Position numbers and translations under genes: made by a program. The notes beneath the pieces were generated by a model that was given only the letters and a program-made list of their open reading frames with translations, was not told the DNA's origin and ran no database searches. A stretch of DNA of 64,000 bases from Fimbriosthenelais zetlandica. Lineage: Eukaryota. The DNA lies in contig OZ365111.1 of assembly GCA_977030845.1 (NCBI GenBank), positions 23,436,001 to 23,500,000 of the forward strand, written 5' to 3'. Positions 51,301 through 63,150 of this stretch are shown here, in pieces (the first letter of the stretch is position 1; each line of letters starts with the position of its first letter).

Positions 51301-54300
51301 GCCAAACATAAAACTTTCATGATGACCGCGGGAAGTGATAACCCGAGGGTGAAACTGGGGTCTCGGAAGGCTTGGAAGAAAGTTCCCAAAGCAAAAGGCC
51401 TGCATTGCTTCTTGCTGGCTTATTCAACCCCTCCACCTCTCTGCCTCTCTTCATTTGCGCTGCTTAATACAGTCTGTAATGAAGAACGCCCCTTTGTAAG
51501 GAAGGGTGAATGCAAAGCATGCTTGGCACTTCATACCGTGATGGAGTTGATGTCGGCTTGCCGCCTCTTTCTCCTCCTCCTCCCTCTAAGGGAAAAAACC
51601 TAGGAGGAAGAGGAGGGAAGGTATTTAAGCAGTCCAGGAGAGGGTCTATATGACCCGGAGGGAGATGAAAAGGCCCTAGGTTCCAGTATATCTTTAGTGG
51701 GGAACGCCACTCAAGCTTTCTGAGGGGCGTGGACGATGGCAGATCTCGATGACAATGTGTTACTGTAGTAGGTGATTTTGCTGGCAAGTGGCTATTTGCT
51801 GCATCTTTTTCAGCAATGTGAAGTTTTGATAGCGATAAATTTATTGCTGTCAACTCCCAAATCGATGAAAATTTACATCCATGGATCCTGGACTGTATGT
51901 GGTGTTGTCACGCAGACATATCGGCCTTATACACTGCATAGACATTCAGTTCAAAAAACCCTCTGTTACGATAGACAAGTATTAAGACAACTAAGCAGTT
52001 AAGACAGTTACGATAGAGGAAACAACTACAATGTAGCCAGAATAAAAAATTGATTACATTTATTAAAATATATTCAGATTTGACCGAGTTCTTTCTCAAA
52101 ATGAAATTGGACTGAAAATGTTAATTAGTGGTCTATCGTGATAGTGGGTGCCTGGCTTTACTAGAACGGGCCATAGTCTATTGCAAAAAATATAGTATAT
52201 TCAAATTTGTGAAATACATTCATGAGATTTCTAACTATATTGCTCATACAAGAAGATCCACAAAAGGAGATAATCATACACAAGGAATCCCTTAGTGTAC
52301 TGCTGTTTGTTTTTGCCCTCTGCCTCTATTAATTCTATAGGTCTGATTCATCTTTTAATGGAACTCGCTTTTTGCTTGGCATTAATTCTGAGGAAAAAAA
52401 AACTAGGTGCAAAGCCCTTCGCAATCAGTCTCTTTAAAAAGATGATCATTAGCGGTAATTAATGGCCGACTAAGCTCCAAGGACACAAAGTATCATCGAT
52501 GTATACATTTAGCTTTCAGATAATGCATATATATTGAACTGTCTTGGGTCCGTGTCATAATAATCATAAAAAGATTGACACATTAGCTGCTCTTCATAAA
52601 CTCTTTGCCATAATTATGAGATGGAAATTTCTACGTCACCAACATTTTACAGGTCTTTATACATCTACATTGAGAAGCTCAATGTCTTGCTGGTGTTGCG
52701 AATTTTCCGCAACAGCCAAATCGGCGGCAATGGACTCGAGCATCGACTTGCTATTTGCGGCTCAATTATGCTCTATTAGCGAGTGATGTGGCAGGAAAAT
52801 GCAGCCGCAATGAGCTACCCCTCCAATGGAGCTACCCATTTTGTATGGGCCCCAGAGTCTGATTCAAAATGGATCTTAGATTTAAGCAATTTTAAAACAT
52901 TTACTGTTGCAGCATTTAAAGGTTTTCCACATTATAGCCAAGTTTGGCAACCTACAAGTTTGCCTTTGCCTAAATATAGTGTACGATCGATTTAAATAGA
53001 AAAGTAACTTTTTGAGATCTGTTCCATTTGGAATAAATTCCATTTGTAAGACAGATTATATCTACTGTAGACACCAATTATATTGGGAAACTATCACTTT
53101 TTCTTGACAGTTTTCTCGACTCGATCGAGTGTTGGAGACATCAGGCTCGCTAAGTGAAGCTGGCAATGTCCAGAGGAAAGTGAGATAGATGAAGAAACAA
53201 GGGAATAAGGAACTATTGAACAAATGATCTATCACGCTGGAAGATGTAGGGTGTTGGCTGACAAGAGTTCTTGAAGGATGATCCTCATTGAACACTTGGG
53301 ATGAGCCTAACTTCAGAGGTGGAAGCCAAAGATATATATCTGTGTACCGGTAAGTTTATTGTTTCCTATCTATGTTCTAAATACATTTCGGGGCTGAGCT
53401 TAGGGGGCCAATTCAAATATAACTGATTTATACGATTCCCTTAATATATTGCTTTAGCGGACCGGTAATATGAGATGTAAAATCTAGGATCACCAACGCC
53501 ATTAATTTTCTGAAACGGATCGCACGTAATAGGCCTAATACATTGTATGGCTTAGGAAATGTCAGTGTCTCATTCAACCCTGATGCCATGTTTCATAACA
53601 AACGTTAGTCCATTAGTTATAACGCAGTGCATTTCCCAACTGAAACAGGTCCAAAATCCTAAAGTATATCTTGATCAAATCAAGCAATGTCAATTTTGCT
53701 GTCACAGACATCAGAGACGCTTTGATCATCCTGTGACAGCACAGGAGAATGCGTACGGGGGAGGTGGACCTCGGTGTCAACCAATGTGCCCACTACCAAA
53801 ATGATTACTGCTCGAGAAACGCATAAATGATTAAATCTATGATTGTATGCCATCAATCATCCGGCTCAATTATGGGTTTTGGAAGAACACACTCGGGTAG
53901 TTTGGGTTACAAAATGTTGACCCCAAACCTCTGCTCATAGGCAAGAATGCTTGGCTCTTCTACCCCCATGTGGTGGTGTCATATTGCGGCTTGACTCAAT
54001 GTGTGTCCTCACTTTAACACAACACTCCCACTCCCAAGACAATTGAATGTTTTTTGCCCGTAAACCCTGGATCAATGTCAGGAGTCCAGTGATTTAACCA
54101 AAGTACTTACCTATTAAATGTATGTGAGTAACATGTTTTAAGGTGACCACCAAAGATTAATTGCCAAACTAAATTTTAACCAAAAACAAAAATAAAATTC
54201 ACAAAATTGGGCCATTAGGCGAAAGCAACAGACAGACTTACAATAGATTTTTTTTTATAGTTAATATTATTAATATTATCTATGTAGTTTTATCACTAGA

Positions 54301-55338
54301 CTAGCTTGGGAAATAATCCATGGAAGGAATAAGTAATGCGTTAACACCTCACTGCATTATGGAGGGCCTCCTGGATGACCTGCATTGCATGATCCCATGT
54401 TATTGGATCATGCTGTTTAATGTCCTGCCGGACAGGGCTGGGGCCCGTATCATAATAGCGAAGTACTGCATTAACTATTGGTCAAACCATGGGTTAAGGT
54501 AACACACCTTTCACTTGGGCCTCAGGTCACTAGGTATAATCTCTGGTCCCTCTGGATATGTCCTCAGCATTTGGTCACTCTAGTCAATGGGCAGATCCAT
54601 TTAGATTCCCAAGATGACTTTCCTTTGATACTATGCAACTTTATGTTTTCCTAACTCCATATATCTAGATCTTTACTTTTATCTTAAACTTTGATAAGTT
54701 GTAAATAGATCTAGTGTTGATTAGGCTATTCTAGACAGGTCAGCCAAGGCAGAAAAAAATAAATTCAAAAGTATAGGCGATGTATAGATCTATACAGATA
54801 TCTGGTTATAGTTGTTAGGTCCAGGACAGCAAGTTCACTCATCGAGTGCTTTTGTCTCCAGGGCATCATTCAAAGCTAGCTTTGAATATATTTCCATGCA
54901 GTAGGCCCATCACTTTGCCCAAGATGGACAATCTGATTCTGCCTGAATCATTATTATATACACTGTGGTTCACAATTATTTCGAGGTTCGAGGTTCTCAT
55001 TTCCTTTTTAAAATTTGTACCCGAAAACTTTTTCGTCTGGCCTGATGCTGACCAAATAATGTGAAGCCCTGCTAGCCAGCAAATTCTAGAATAGATTTTA
55101 CTATTGGTTACCTTGATACTATGAATCTTTCTTTATATAAAAAGCATAACTGTATACATATTTAGACTAACAGTAACTAACGTAACTACAAAATCTGTAT
55201 CAGTTTTTGACTTTGATTAATGGATCCAGCCTCAGGATAGGCTCTCATGCGTCGAAGGATATATTTCAAAAATGAGGTGTGTAATTCCACTCCATCAAGT
55301 ACTGCATGTGCCATGCATGTATATAGAATACTTAGAGG

Positions 55339-55550
55339 ATATACCACGGCGATATCAGTCCCGAGTGAGTATATGGTGAAATATTAGCTGAGGCCGAAGG
55401 CCGAAGCTAATATTTCACCATATACTCACAAGGGACTGATATCGCCGTGGTATATTTTCTTTATACCACGAATAGTTCACAAATATTGTAAATTGATTCC
55501 CTTTTCCTTGTGTTATATACAAAATAATTCTCTTTCTCGCTCGCTTTTCA
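55339..55550 (+). mobile_element. Hairpin/CTTTATACCAC family element with 51-bp arms
   Basis: Arms 55339-55389 / 55405-55455 with only 2 mismatches, loop GAGGCCGAAGGCCGA, then CTTTATACCACG 55459 and shared body. Confidence 0.8.
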
Positions 55551-55707
55551 CCAGCTGTGTATGCATTCGTCACACTGCCATTAGCCTGATCCTATTATTA
55601 GAATCTGGTGGGAAGTCTTGACCTCAACATGACCTCATTTTGGGTCATTGCCTGCATGTAACAGGTTTTTTTTCATCACATGGATTTATACACAACAATT
55701 GTCAGCT

Positions 55708-55789
55708 TGGCCTCAATGGCTGAATGAGTAGCATGGCCGCTCCGTCTATGGGCGAACCGAGTTCGAATCCCGGAGCATCTTCACTTTTT
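55708..55789 (+). pseudogene. tRNA-like Pol III cassette (SINE head or pseudo-tRNA)
   Basis: A-box-like TGGCTGAATGAG 55717, B-box GTTCGAATCC 55761, T5 at 55785-55789; no proper cloverleaf. Confidence 0.4.
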
Positions 55790-55915
55790 GATTTTTTTGC
55801 TTACTTATTTCTACATTTTAGAATTTTTTTTACGAGTTGAATTCCTGCAATAATCCAGGAAGTTTTCGTGAAGGCACATTATGTGTATGGAATATGTTTA
55901 CCTTAATTACTTAGA

Positions 55916-56086
55916 AGATATACCACAGGGATCTAATTTAAATTCACCATATACTCACGATGGCTAATATCGCCGTGTTATACTTATATTCTCTTTATAC
56001 CACGAATAGTTTACAAATATTGTAAATTGATTCCCTTTTCCGTGTGTTAGATACAAAATAATTATATTTCTCGCTCGCTTTTCGCC
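55916..56086 (+). mobile_element. Second, centre-deleted copy of the 55339 element
   Basis: GATATACCAC remnant, TTCACCATATACTCAC 55943, CTTTATACCACGAATAG 55993 and ~90 bp nearly identical to 55459-55550. Confidence 0.7.
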
Positions 56087-56170
56087 TGTGTATATACATT
56101 TGTCTGTTTCTGGGTCAAGGTGTGCAAATGGACTATTATAGCCCTACTGTCTTCGGTCTCATTCATCGAA

Positions 56171-56243
56171 GCCTTCATGGCCTAATCGGTAGAGCGTCAG
56201 ACTTGTAAACTCAAGGTTGTGAGTTCAAGTCACTTTGCGTTCC
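56171..56243 (+). pseudogene. tRNA-Thr(TGT)-like pseudogene or SINE head
   Basis: A-box TGGCCTAATCGG 56178, loop CTTGTAA 56202-56208, B-box GAGTTCAAGTC 56221; acceptor and anticodon stems pair poorly. Confidence 0.55.
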
Positions 56244-56499
56244 TTGTGAATTTTGACACTAGTGTTAAAGCGCTCATGTCTACCACACATGAGTATTCTT
56301 GGCTATGTGTGGAAGTCAATAATGCCCTAGGGCGGTATATCGTGAAATAATGCCTCGTATATCGGGCAGAAATTGGAGTTGGAGTGGTATAATTATAGAT
56401 CTATTATGAGGTATATATTGCGTGGATGTATGCATACATCCACAGCCAATACCACACCTTAATTTTTCCTTAATTCACCACTCCTCTCCTTTGTATCGC

Positions 56500-56660
56500 C
56501 GGCGGATATTTGCCGTGACAACGTCATGAAACAACCGGAAACAGCGCCTGATTGGTGGAGAAGGAACGGAAGGACAGGCGCCGGCAGAGCCGGACCGTCT
56601 TTAATTGTGTTTGAAATTAGAACAAAGAGGCTGCGCGTCGTTCTTCTCTCATCTCGCACG
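56500..56660. promoter_or_regulatory. CpG-rich promoter/enhancer-like patch
   Basis: ACCGGAAA 56534, CTGATTGG 56548, dense CpG relative to flanks. Confidence 0.3.
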
Positions 56661-57376
56661 CGACATGAAGGAAAGGCTGGTATGGAAACCCTGATGCAAT
56701 AAACTATTTCTATTTACCGACATGTAACGCCCCAACAGTCGTTTATTAATCGATCATTTCCGCCGCAAAGTAATGGGAGGCGCCACCTTCAGACTGTTTC
56801 CCTCTCTCTTTCTATTCGGGCGTCGACTTTGCTAAACAGGTGCATGGATGAACGACCGAAATTGATTATAGACTATAGGTCTGATATTGAAACATCTGAG
56901 AAACACAACTTCAAAGTTGACTTTGATAATCGACTTCTTTCTTTTAAGCCAGAGGTGCATTGTAGGCTACATGAGTGAGATTTTTTCTCTCTCTAGAGGG
57001 GAGAATAAAGAAACTGAAGGCTCATCGATCAGGAATACTCTAGTGAGACACACCTCGTGTATGATATGAATTATACACACGTGTTGGTACTGCAACTTGC
57101 AACAAAGATATTCTTCCTCCCATATGCTTTCCCCAAGCCTTGATGCTGTTTTCTGGCAGCTCAGGCAATGTTAGTGGAAAACATTTTACTTTCTAAACTA
57201 AAAGCTCTAACTAACTAGTCCTGCTAAGATAAACGTGTGATGGAATTGTTCCACATAATATTATGACATGCAAAGATGAAAGTGAAGAATAATCGAATGT
57301 GGACATTTTTCAGTATAAATGTGTTTCCTATGGCGATATTGCATTAACAGTCATTGGATATTCGCAGTGACTATTG

Positions 57377-57510
57377 CCTGGAACACACTAATCCGATTCT
57401 CTATCCGATTCTTTGCTATCCACTAACAAAGTTTAAATCATCAGGTGACATTAGAAATATTAGGGGATTGGATGGCGACGGATTGGAGTATCGGACTGGT
57501 GTGTTCCAGG
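57377..57510. mobile_element. Small MITE (134 bp)
   Basis: 12-bp perfect TIR CCTGGAACACAC / GTGTGTTCCAGG extending imperfectly to ~30 bp with TCCGAT subrepeats. Confidence 0.6.
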
Positions 57511-59603
57511 TATAATGAGAAGCATTAAATTAACCAGAAGGTCTGTCATACCGTTGCACATAATTTGCCTGAAAGTGGTAAATTAAGTGTGGACCATATA
57601 TGCCATTGTATGTAGATCCCATTGAAAATGTCTGGTGCCCAGTCGATTAAAGCATTGGTCTAATGCTCAATATACTAGTCGATCCGTCAAAACACCATAA
57701 AAATTAAATGTAGGTCTAACAACTTAAATACATATTCCTGTTCCTCAAAGTGTAAGTGCCAAGCCCCTATAGTATATAAAACCTATATGGATCCCCTGGA
57801 ATTCAATATTATAATATTATTTGAAATATGACTGCGGAAAACAGACTTATGTATAGGTTGGTAATAGAAAGAAAAACCTCGACGAAACACCAGAAACAAT
57901 CGCTCCTAGTGATCAGAACAGACTCATAGACCCCCTGAATGGCACACCATTGGGGTGAAATATTCATGGGAAGCAAAACGAGGATGACTTCATTTGCCGT
58001 ATTCTTTTGAAAGACCATGCAAAAGTCAATGTCCTATTGATAGGGAATAAGTGCTTTCCAAGCACACATTGTGTCCGAACATTCCGCAATAAAGCCGCGC
58101 ATCCTTTGTGGGCATACAATGACGATGGCCTGCATGTGGATTTGGCATGACTTTTCGATGCTTGGCAAACCGTACCGAGCACGTTTGTACAAATACGCAT
58201 TCATATTTGCCAATGTAATTGTGGGGTCTTTCCTTAAGTATGTACATGTATATATGTCATATATGAGGGAAGGGAGCATATGAGATAGGACAATTTTTAT
58301 ATTGTAACAAACCGCAGGGAATTATTGTGCGTTATCTTCAAATGCACATCAGGGAATGTGGACGTTTGCCTTTTGGAAATTGCTTTACAGACGCTTTAAA
58401 AGAGGCCCACTATTTGTACCATGGTAATGACTCAGAGGTCCCCTTACAAAATGTTCATAAGGGGCCCATAAACTAAACTCAGATTACTGTCATTTCATTT
58501 TCCATTTTCCTCATTACCACTTGTGATATGCTCTATGTTATAATAATTATCTGGCCATTATTATGCATCATGAACTGGCGGAAGTTGAGTGGCCACAGTC
58601 ACAAATTTGACATTAAACCCCATACAACATTTTTACCACAAAACCAAAACTAAAAGCAAACCCATCTTGCAATAAGATGATATTCTTGGGGGATGGAAGG
58701 TCAAATTGAATCAGTTATACTCAGTTTAGACGAAGCCTTAATGTTAAGTCTATGGGCCAAATCGGGAAGACTTACAAGTATAGGCTCTATATTATAGGTA
58801 TGATATGAATCCTAATCGGTTGCAAAATACTCTAAGGTCAGCATCCAGCACTTGATCTGCTGGCGCCACCACCTCTCCAAGCCGCACATGCATCTCCCCG
58901 TCCTAATTATTCCCTATATGACGGACGGAGGAATATTGTGCCACATTTATATAAGAATGAACCGGTATCTTCAATGGCCGGTGCAGACATGAAGTGCCCC
59001 CTGAGACCATTTTGGCTCGCAGGTATCCATCACTTATCAATTTGCCATGGCACTAATTGACAGCAAAATATGTTCACCATCGGCTTGTGAGGCAGTCACT
59101 GAGATATTGACACCACACTCATGGGCATCTCCGCCTTTATTTCATGAGAAAACCTGCCTATCCCACAATATTGCATGAAAACCGTCCGTGTAATTATATT
59201 TGGAGCATTTATCCTCTGAAATCTGTCCAATAAATTGATTTCCGAGGTTTTGGTACAAGATTAATCATCGCTTAGGCGGATATATATATTGAATGAAAGA
59301 CGCCTTAGAATAGGTGAGTTCAGCCGGTGATAATTTGGGGTTGTCACTTTCCGATGATGAAATTCCTTTTTACGCCAGAATGACAACAGTGATGCCCTAC
59401 ATGTAGTGATAACAGTTACACTATAACAGACCTTAAATTTTGGGCAATCGCTGTAATATTTATTAAACTCAACCTTTAATTAGAATTAATAATATTGCTT
59501 CCCAATAGCGCTGTTTAGGGTTTCACCACATATTGCTAAAAATAGATTAGGGTGTGTGTTAAAACGTCGTTCATATCGTTGTGGAAATAGCATAAACCTT
59601 TAA

Positions 59604-59840
59604 AGGGGCACTGTCACGCAATGAGCGTCAGGAAGGCCTGCTTCATTTCGAGCGACGTCATATTGTCCGAAGATACGTCCTTCCTTTTAAGTACAGCCCT
59701 AAATCTTAGGACGGTCGTACTTGGTTTTCAGTACTAGCTTCAGACACAAAATGATTCTAAAATAGCCGTATTTAAATCTAGGTACGATGGTCCAAAAAGG
59801 AAGGACATACTTGAGAGGAGGCCTCCGTGATAGTACCCCT
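59604..59840. mobile_element. Kolobok-type non-autonomous element (237 bp)
   Basis: TTAA|AGGGGCACTGTCACG ... CGTGATAGTACCCCT|TTAA: 15-bp TIR (2 mismatches), TTAA TSD with RR..YY termini. Confidence 0.75.
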
Positions 59841-61099
59841 TTAATTAAAACGAATGGTACATTATTCAGTCCATAGACTTAATGGTTAATGTACCAAAGT
59901 CTCACTGTCAGGAAACATGCCACATGTTTACCATACCCTAGCGACACCTTCCATGAAGTGCCTTTTGGCTCGCTTTGGAAACTGGGTTCCAACATTTTTT
60001 CACCAAAGTGTCAGTTTAACTCCACGCCTCTCCCTTCCCACTTCCTTTTCCTTCCTGTATCCACGTCCTCTAATTCGATCATCCTTCTTTGTAGTGAGAG
60101 GGAAAGGTGGTGCTTTGAATTGGAAGCGGAGTTTACGAGAGGAGGCCTAAATAAGATTTAGTCATGGCATGGACCGGCACCAGCTTATGATCTATTGTTC
60201 TGTAAGTGTACCAGTTATGCTCTGCCAAAATTATTTTCACAACTCCCCTGTCAGAATAAGGCAGAGTTGAAATTTGTCTATACATTGCAATGTTAATAGG
60301 GTCTGGCAATACGCTATAAGGTTTGAAGTGCAGAAAAGATGGATAAATCGGATATAGATATACTTTTACAATCTGATTATAACGGTACATGACTGGTGTT
60401 TTTTTTAGAACTTCGTAGTTTTATATCTGGGATCGTGTCATGAACCAATGCATTGGGGTCTATTAATTGTGAGGAAGAAAGATGCCCAGTGCGCAAAGTG
60501 TTGGTTAACGTAGTGCTATTTGGTAATTAAAAGAGCAACCCTGCATTTCATCATTGTTTAATTAGCCTGTTCCAGGAGAAAGATGTATGCACTATTCATT
60601 AAATGCACAGCTCTAAAATCAACATTGACTATAATTTTCCATCCCATCCCAGGAATTTATTTTAAGAAGTTATACATTAATTGTTAAGTGTTTCAGGATG
60701 TACAACCATATATATTTATTATATATTACATCGGCCAATACCATAATCGGTTAATATAACACCCCTTTATTCTGGAATTATTAAATTAAAATCGCTAACG
60801 CCTTGTTGAATGACCCCCAGTAGTTATTGGGACTTCAAGACCATAACAATATTAATCATTTTTGTTACATCGCGAAATAAAAAACCCACCCAAACAACAA
60901 ATAGACAGCATACATAATCAACCACCAATGACAAGCGATGATCCCAATTATTTGAAAATTATTATGGAATGCCGACAGATTTGTCATTTTTAACAGTGGC
61001 TCTCCTCAATCCAAGCTTGGAGTACACTCTTCTTATGGAGAGAAAACCACTTCTTGATGTATGAATTACCACCCGACATAACATCCATAACCGACTCTA

Positions 61100-61480
61100 T
61101 TCCCACTGGCTTCTCCATAAAACTCACACTCTCTCTTCCCAGCCTTATCAGATTGGTGAGTGTTAAGTGGGAAAACGATCCCTAATGTTCGCCTGCATCC
61201 AACAGAAGATTGTTTTTAGGGCTGCAAGAGGTAAAAGTGAAGGGAAAGTCGTGTCGGTGTATCGGACTATGAGTGTCGCTTCTCTTTCCATTGAGTGGTC
61301 CATGCCTGAGCTGCATGAAGTTTGGCTTGACTGGTTGTTTTGCGGACATGAACAATGGTATGGTCAATCTCTCAACGTCAGAGTTTGGATAAACCATTTA
61401 TTTATTGAAACGTTTTCACGAGGAAAAGTCTTATTCCTTTCGGCACTGTTGGGACATTCTCTGGCGGATGGTACCAAAAA
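61100..61480 (-). mobile_element. Possible decayed CR1/L2-type RT fragment
   Basis: Minus-strand pieces NVPTVPKG and VERL...MQLRHGPLNGKRSDTH resemble RT motifs NV.PI.K.G and ER....QHGFR.GRS..T; heavily decayed. Confidence 0.3.
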
Positions 61481-61880
61481 AGCCATATTTTGTGAAAAAT
61501 GTCTATGTCTCAAAATTTATTTTCATGTTATTTTTTCATAACTAGACATCATGTCTGATAATATTCCACTGCTCATATTTTTAACTCCCAGTAGTTTTTA
61601 TTTTATGGGGGTTTGAACATGGGTCCCTCATTTTCATCGTGAGACCGCCTCCTTTCTGCCCCTTCTACCGACCTCCCTCGAGTTAGTCCGGTACTGACCA
61701 CACGGTCCTGTCAGGCACAGAACAGAAATTCACAGCTTTTTCTTCTCTCATGCCTTTAATTTTGGGAATATGAGCGCAAAAATGGTTTTATAATGTTTCC
61801 CGTGCATGATTTCATAGTCATGAAAACATAAATTATTCTTAATATAAAAAAATAATTTTTTATTGCAAAAAATGTTAAAA

Positions 61881-61920
61881 AAAATATCCGTTTGCGTGAC
61901 AAAATATCCGTTTGCGTGAC
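61881..61920 (+). repeat. Perfect 20-bp tandem duplication
   Basis: AAAATATCCGTTTGCGTGAC twice. Confidence 0.95.
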
Positions 61921-62399
61921 ACACTAAAAAATAGGCTAAATTAGGAAAATAGAACACTCATTGCAAAATACCCTATTTTAAAGAATAAAATAGATTTTTT
62001 TTGGAAAAAATTATGTCTCCATTAAAGTGACTAACTTCCCAGCTTTTTTTAAAAAAATTATATGAAACGAAAATATAGACTTGGGGACATAATAAAAAGA
62101 AAGAATTGAAGGAATACTCGCATTAGTGATGAAACAGTGGCTTTTTGAATATTGAAATTGCATTTGTGGACATTTAGTCTTGATTAGATCACTTTAACAT
62201 AACTAGCTTGAATTTTTGTATAAACCTGTAAATGGAAGCAAGTGGCTTTGCTGTGCACGTATGCAATGAATTATACATTGAAAATCTTAAGTAATTATAG
62301 CTTGTATATCAAAATATCAAGTTCTATTTCTGTTCATTCAAAGTTTGTGAATTTAAGGCGCCAAGTGTTGAAAGGAATCTGACAGCAAAGTTCTTTCTT

Positions 62400-63150
62400 G
62401 TGATATTTCCACGTACATTCTGACCCTCGAGTTCAGCCAGGATGAAGAAGATCCATTGATCATCAGTTTCTTGGCATAAAAATATTTGGCAGTGCTAATA
62501 TTGATTTGGGGTGAATTCGATATCTCTTATATATACCAAAAGACATACAGTCTGATGGTATTTGTCTGGATGCTCTTTGATATAGCACAGATTGTCATTC
62601 AGCTTGTGAGGGAATCAATGCTGTAATCCATACAAATTGTCCATAACTCGTGCGAAGCTGGATTCCTTTCATGAGAAAAAGAATTAAAATACAATAAAGT
62701 AGGCCACTATTATGTTTTTTTGAAGCTATGGAACCTCGAGAAACCTTTTTCAGTTGAAGGATTCCAAATTGTATTTCTAACTCATTCACCCTTGAACAGG
62801 TCTGACGTTGAGAACCATGTGGAAGAGCTAAATGTGATGCTTTTTTTAACGGATGTTATGAACCTGGCTTCTATTTTGAACAATGGCTATTGCGGCTTAA
62901 GCAGGACCATCAATTGACCTCCTTCAACATACCATGCACGTTTTATCACCTATTTGATAACAATAGATTTTAACATTATGTTGGTATCATCACCTGTCAA
63001 CTGATAATCGAACATTTCATTTGCCTTCAATTTACCCAACAGCAGTGCCATCAGGTTTGGCATGACATGCAGAATTTGCTGGCGTCTGTATTTCCAGGCA
63101 AGGATTTTCCACTGTATTAAGCTGTCTGCTACCTCATCTTCTTTTTCCCT
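62400..63150 (-). mobile_element. Decayed Ty3/Gypsy-like reverse transcriptase fragment
   Basis: Colinear minus-strand motifs across frames: KPDGT, WFSTSDLFKG (62789-62817), SGLLY, SSFARVMDNL (62633-62662), LNDNLCY, IRDIEFTPNQY*HCQIF, in the order of Gypsy RT KPDG / FSTLDL.SG / GLYEF / SSF.R.MD / YLDDIL / L..N..KC.F. Confidence 0.5.

Noticed and set aside
51464-51853. 129-aa minus-strand ORF in a GC-rich patch
   Set aside because: No recognisable motifs; largely low-complexity purine/pyrimidine tracts.
52650-52790. Helical-looking peptide MLESIAADLAVAENSQHQQDIELLNVDV on the minus strand
   Set aside because: Short, no convincing splice context, no recognisable family.
53112-53349. In-frame TGA stops suggesting selenocysteine readthrough
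   Set aside because: Frame also has TAG; stop density is random-like and no SECIS was recognised.
55388-55408. CTGAGGCCGAAGGCCGAAG resembles a hammerhead ribozyme core (CUGAUGA-GGCC-GAAA-GGCC-GAAA)
   Set aside because: Lacks the CUGANGA core and ends GAAG not GAAA; it is simply the loop of a DNA hairpin. Other CTGATGA hits checked had no stem II/GAAA.
56171-56243. Functional tRNA-Thr gene
   Set aside because: Acceptor and anticodon stems do not pair; kept only as pseudogene/SINE head.
57809-58279. Minus-strand frame of ~157 codons with one stop, containing AYLY…GLPSI
   Set aside because: Only vague similarity to non-LTR RT C-terminal motifs; not enough to call.
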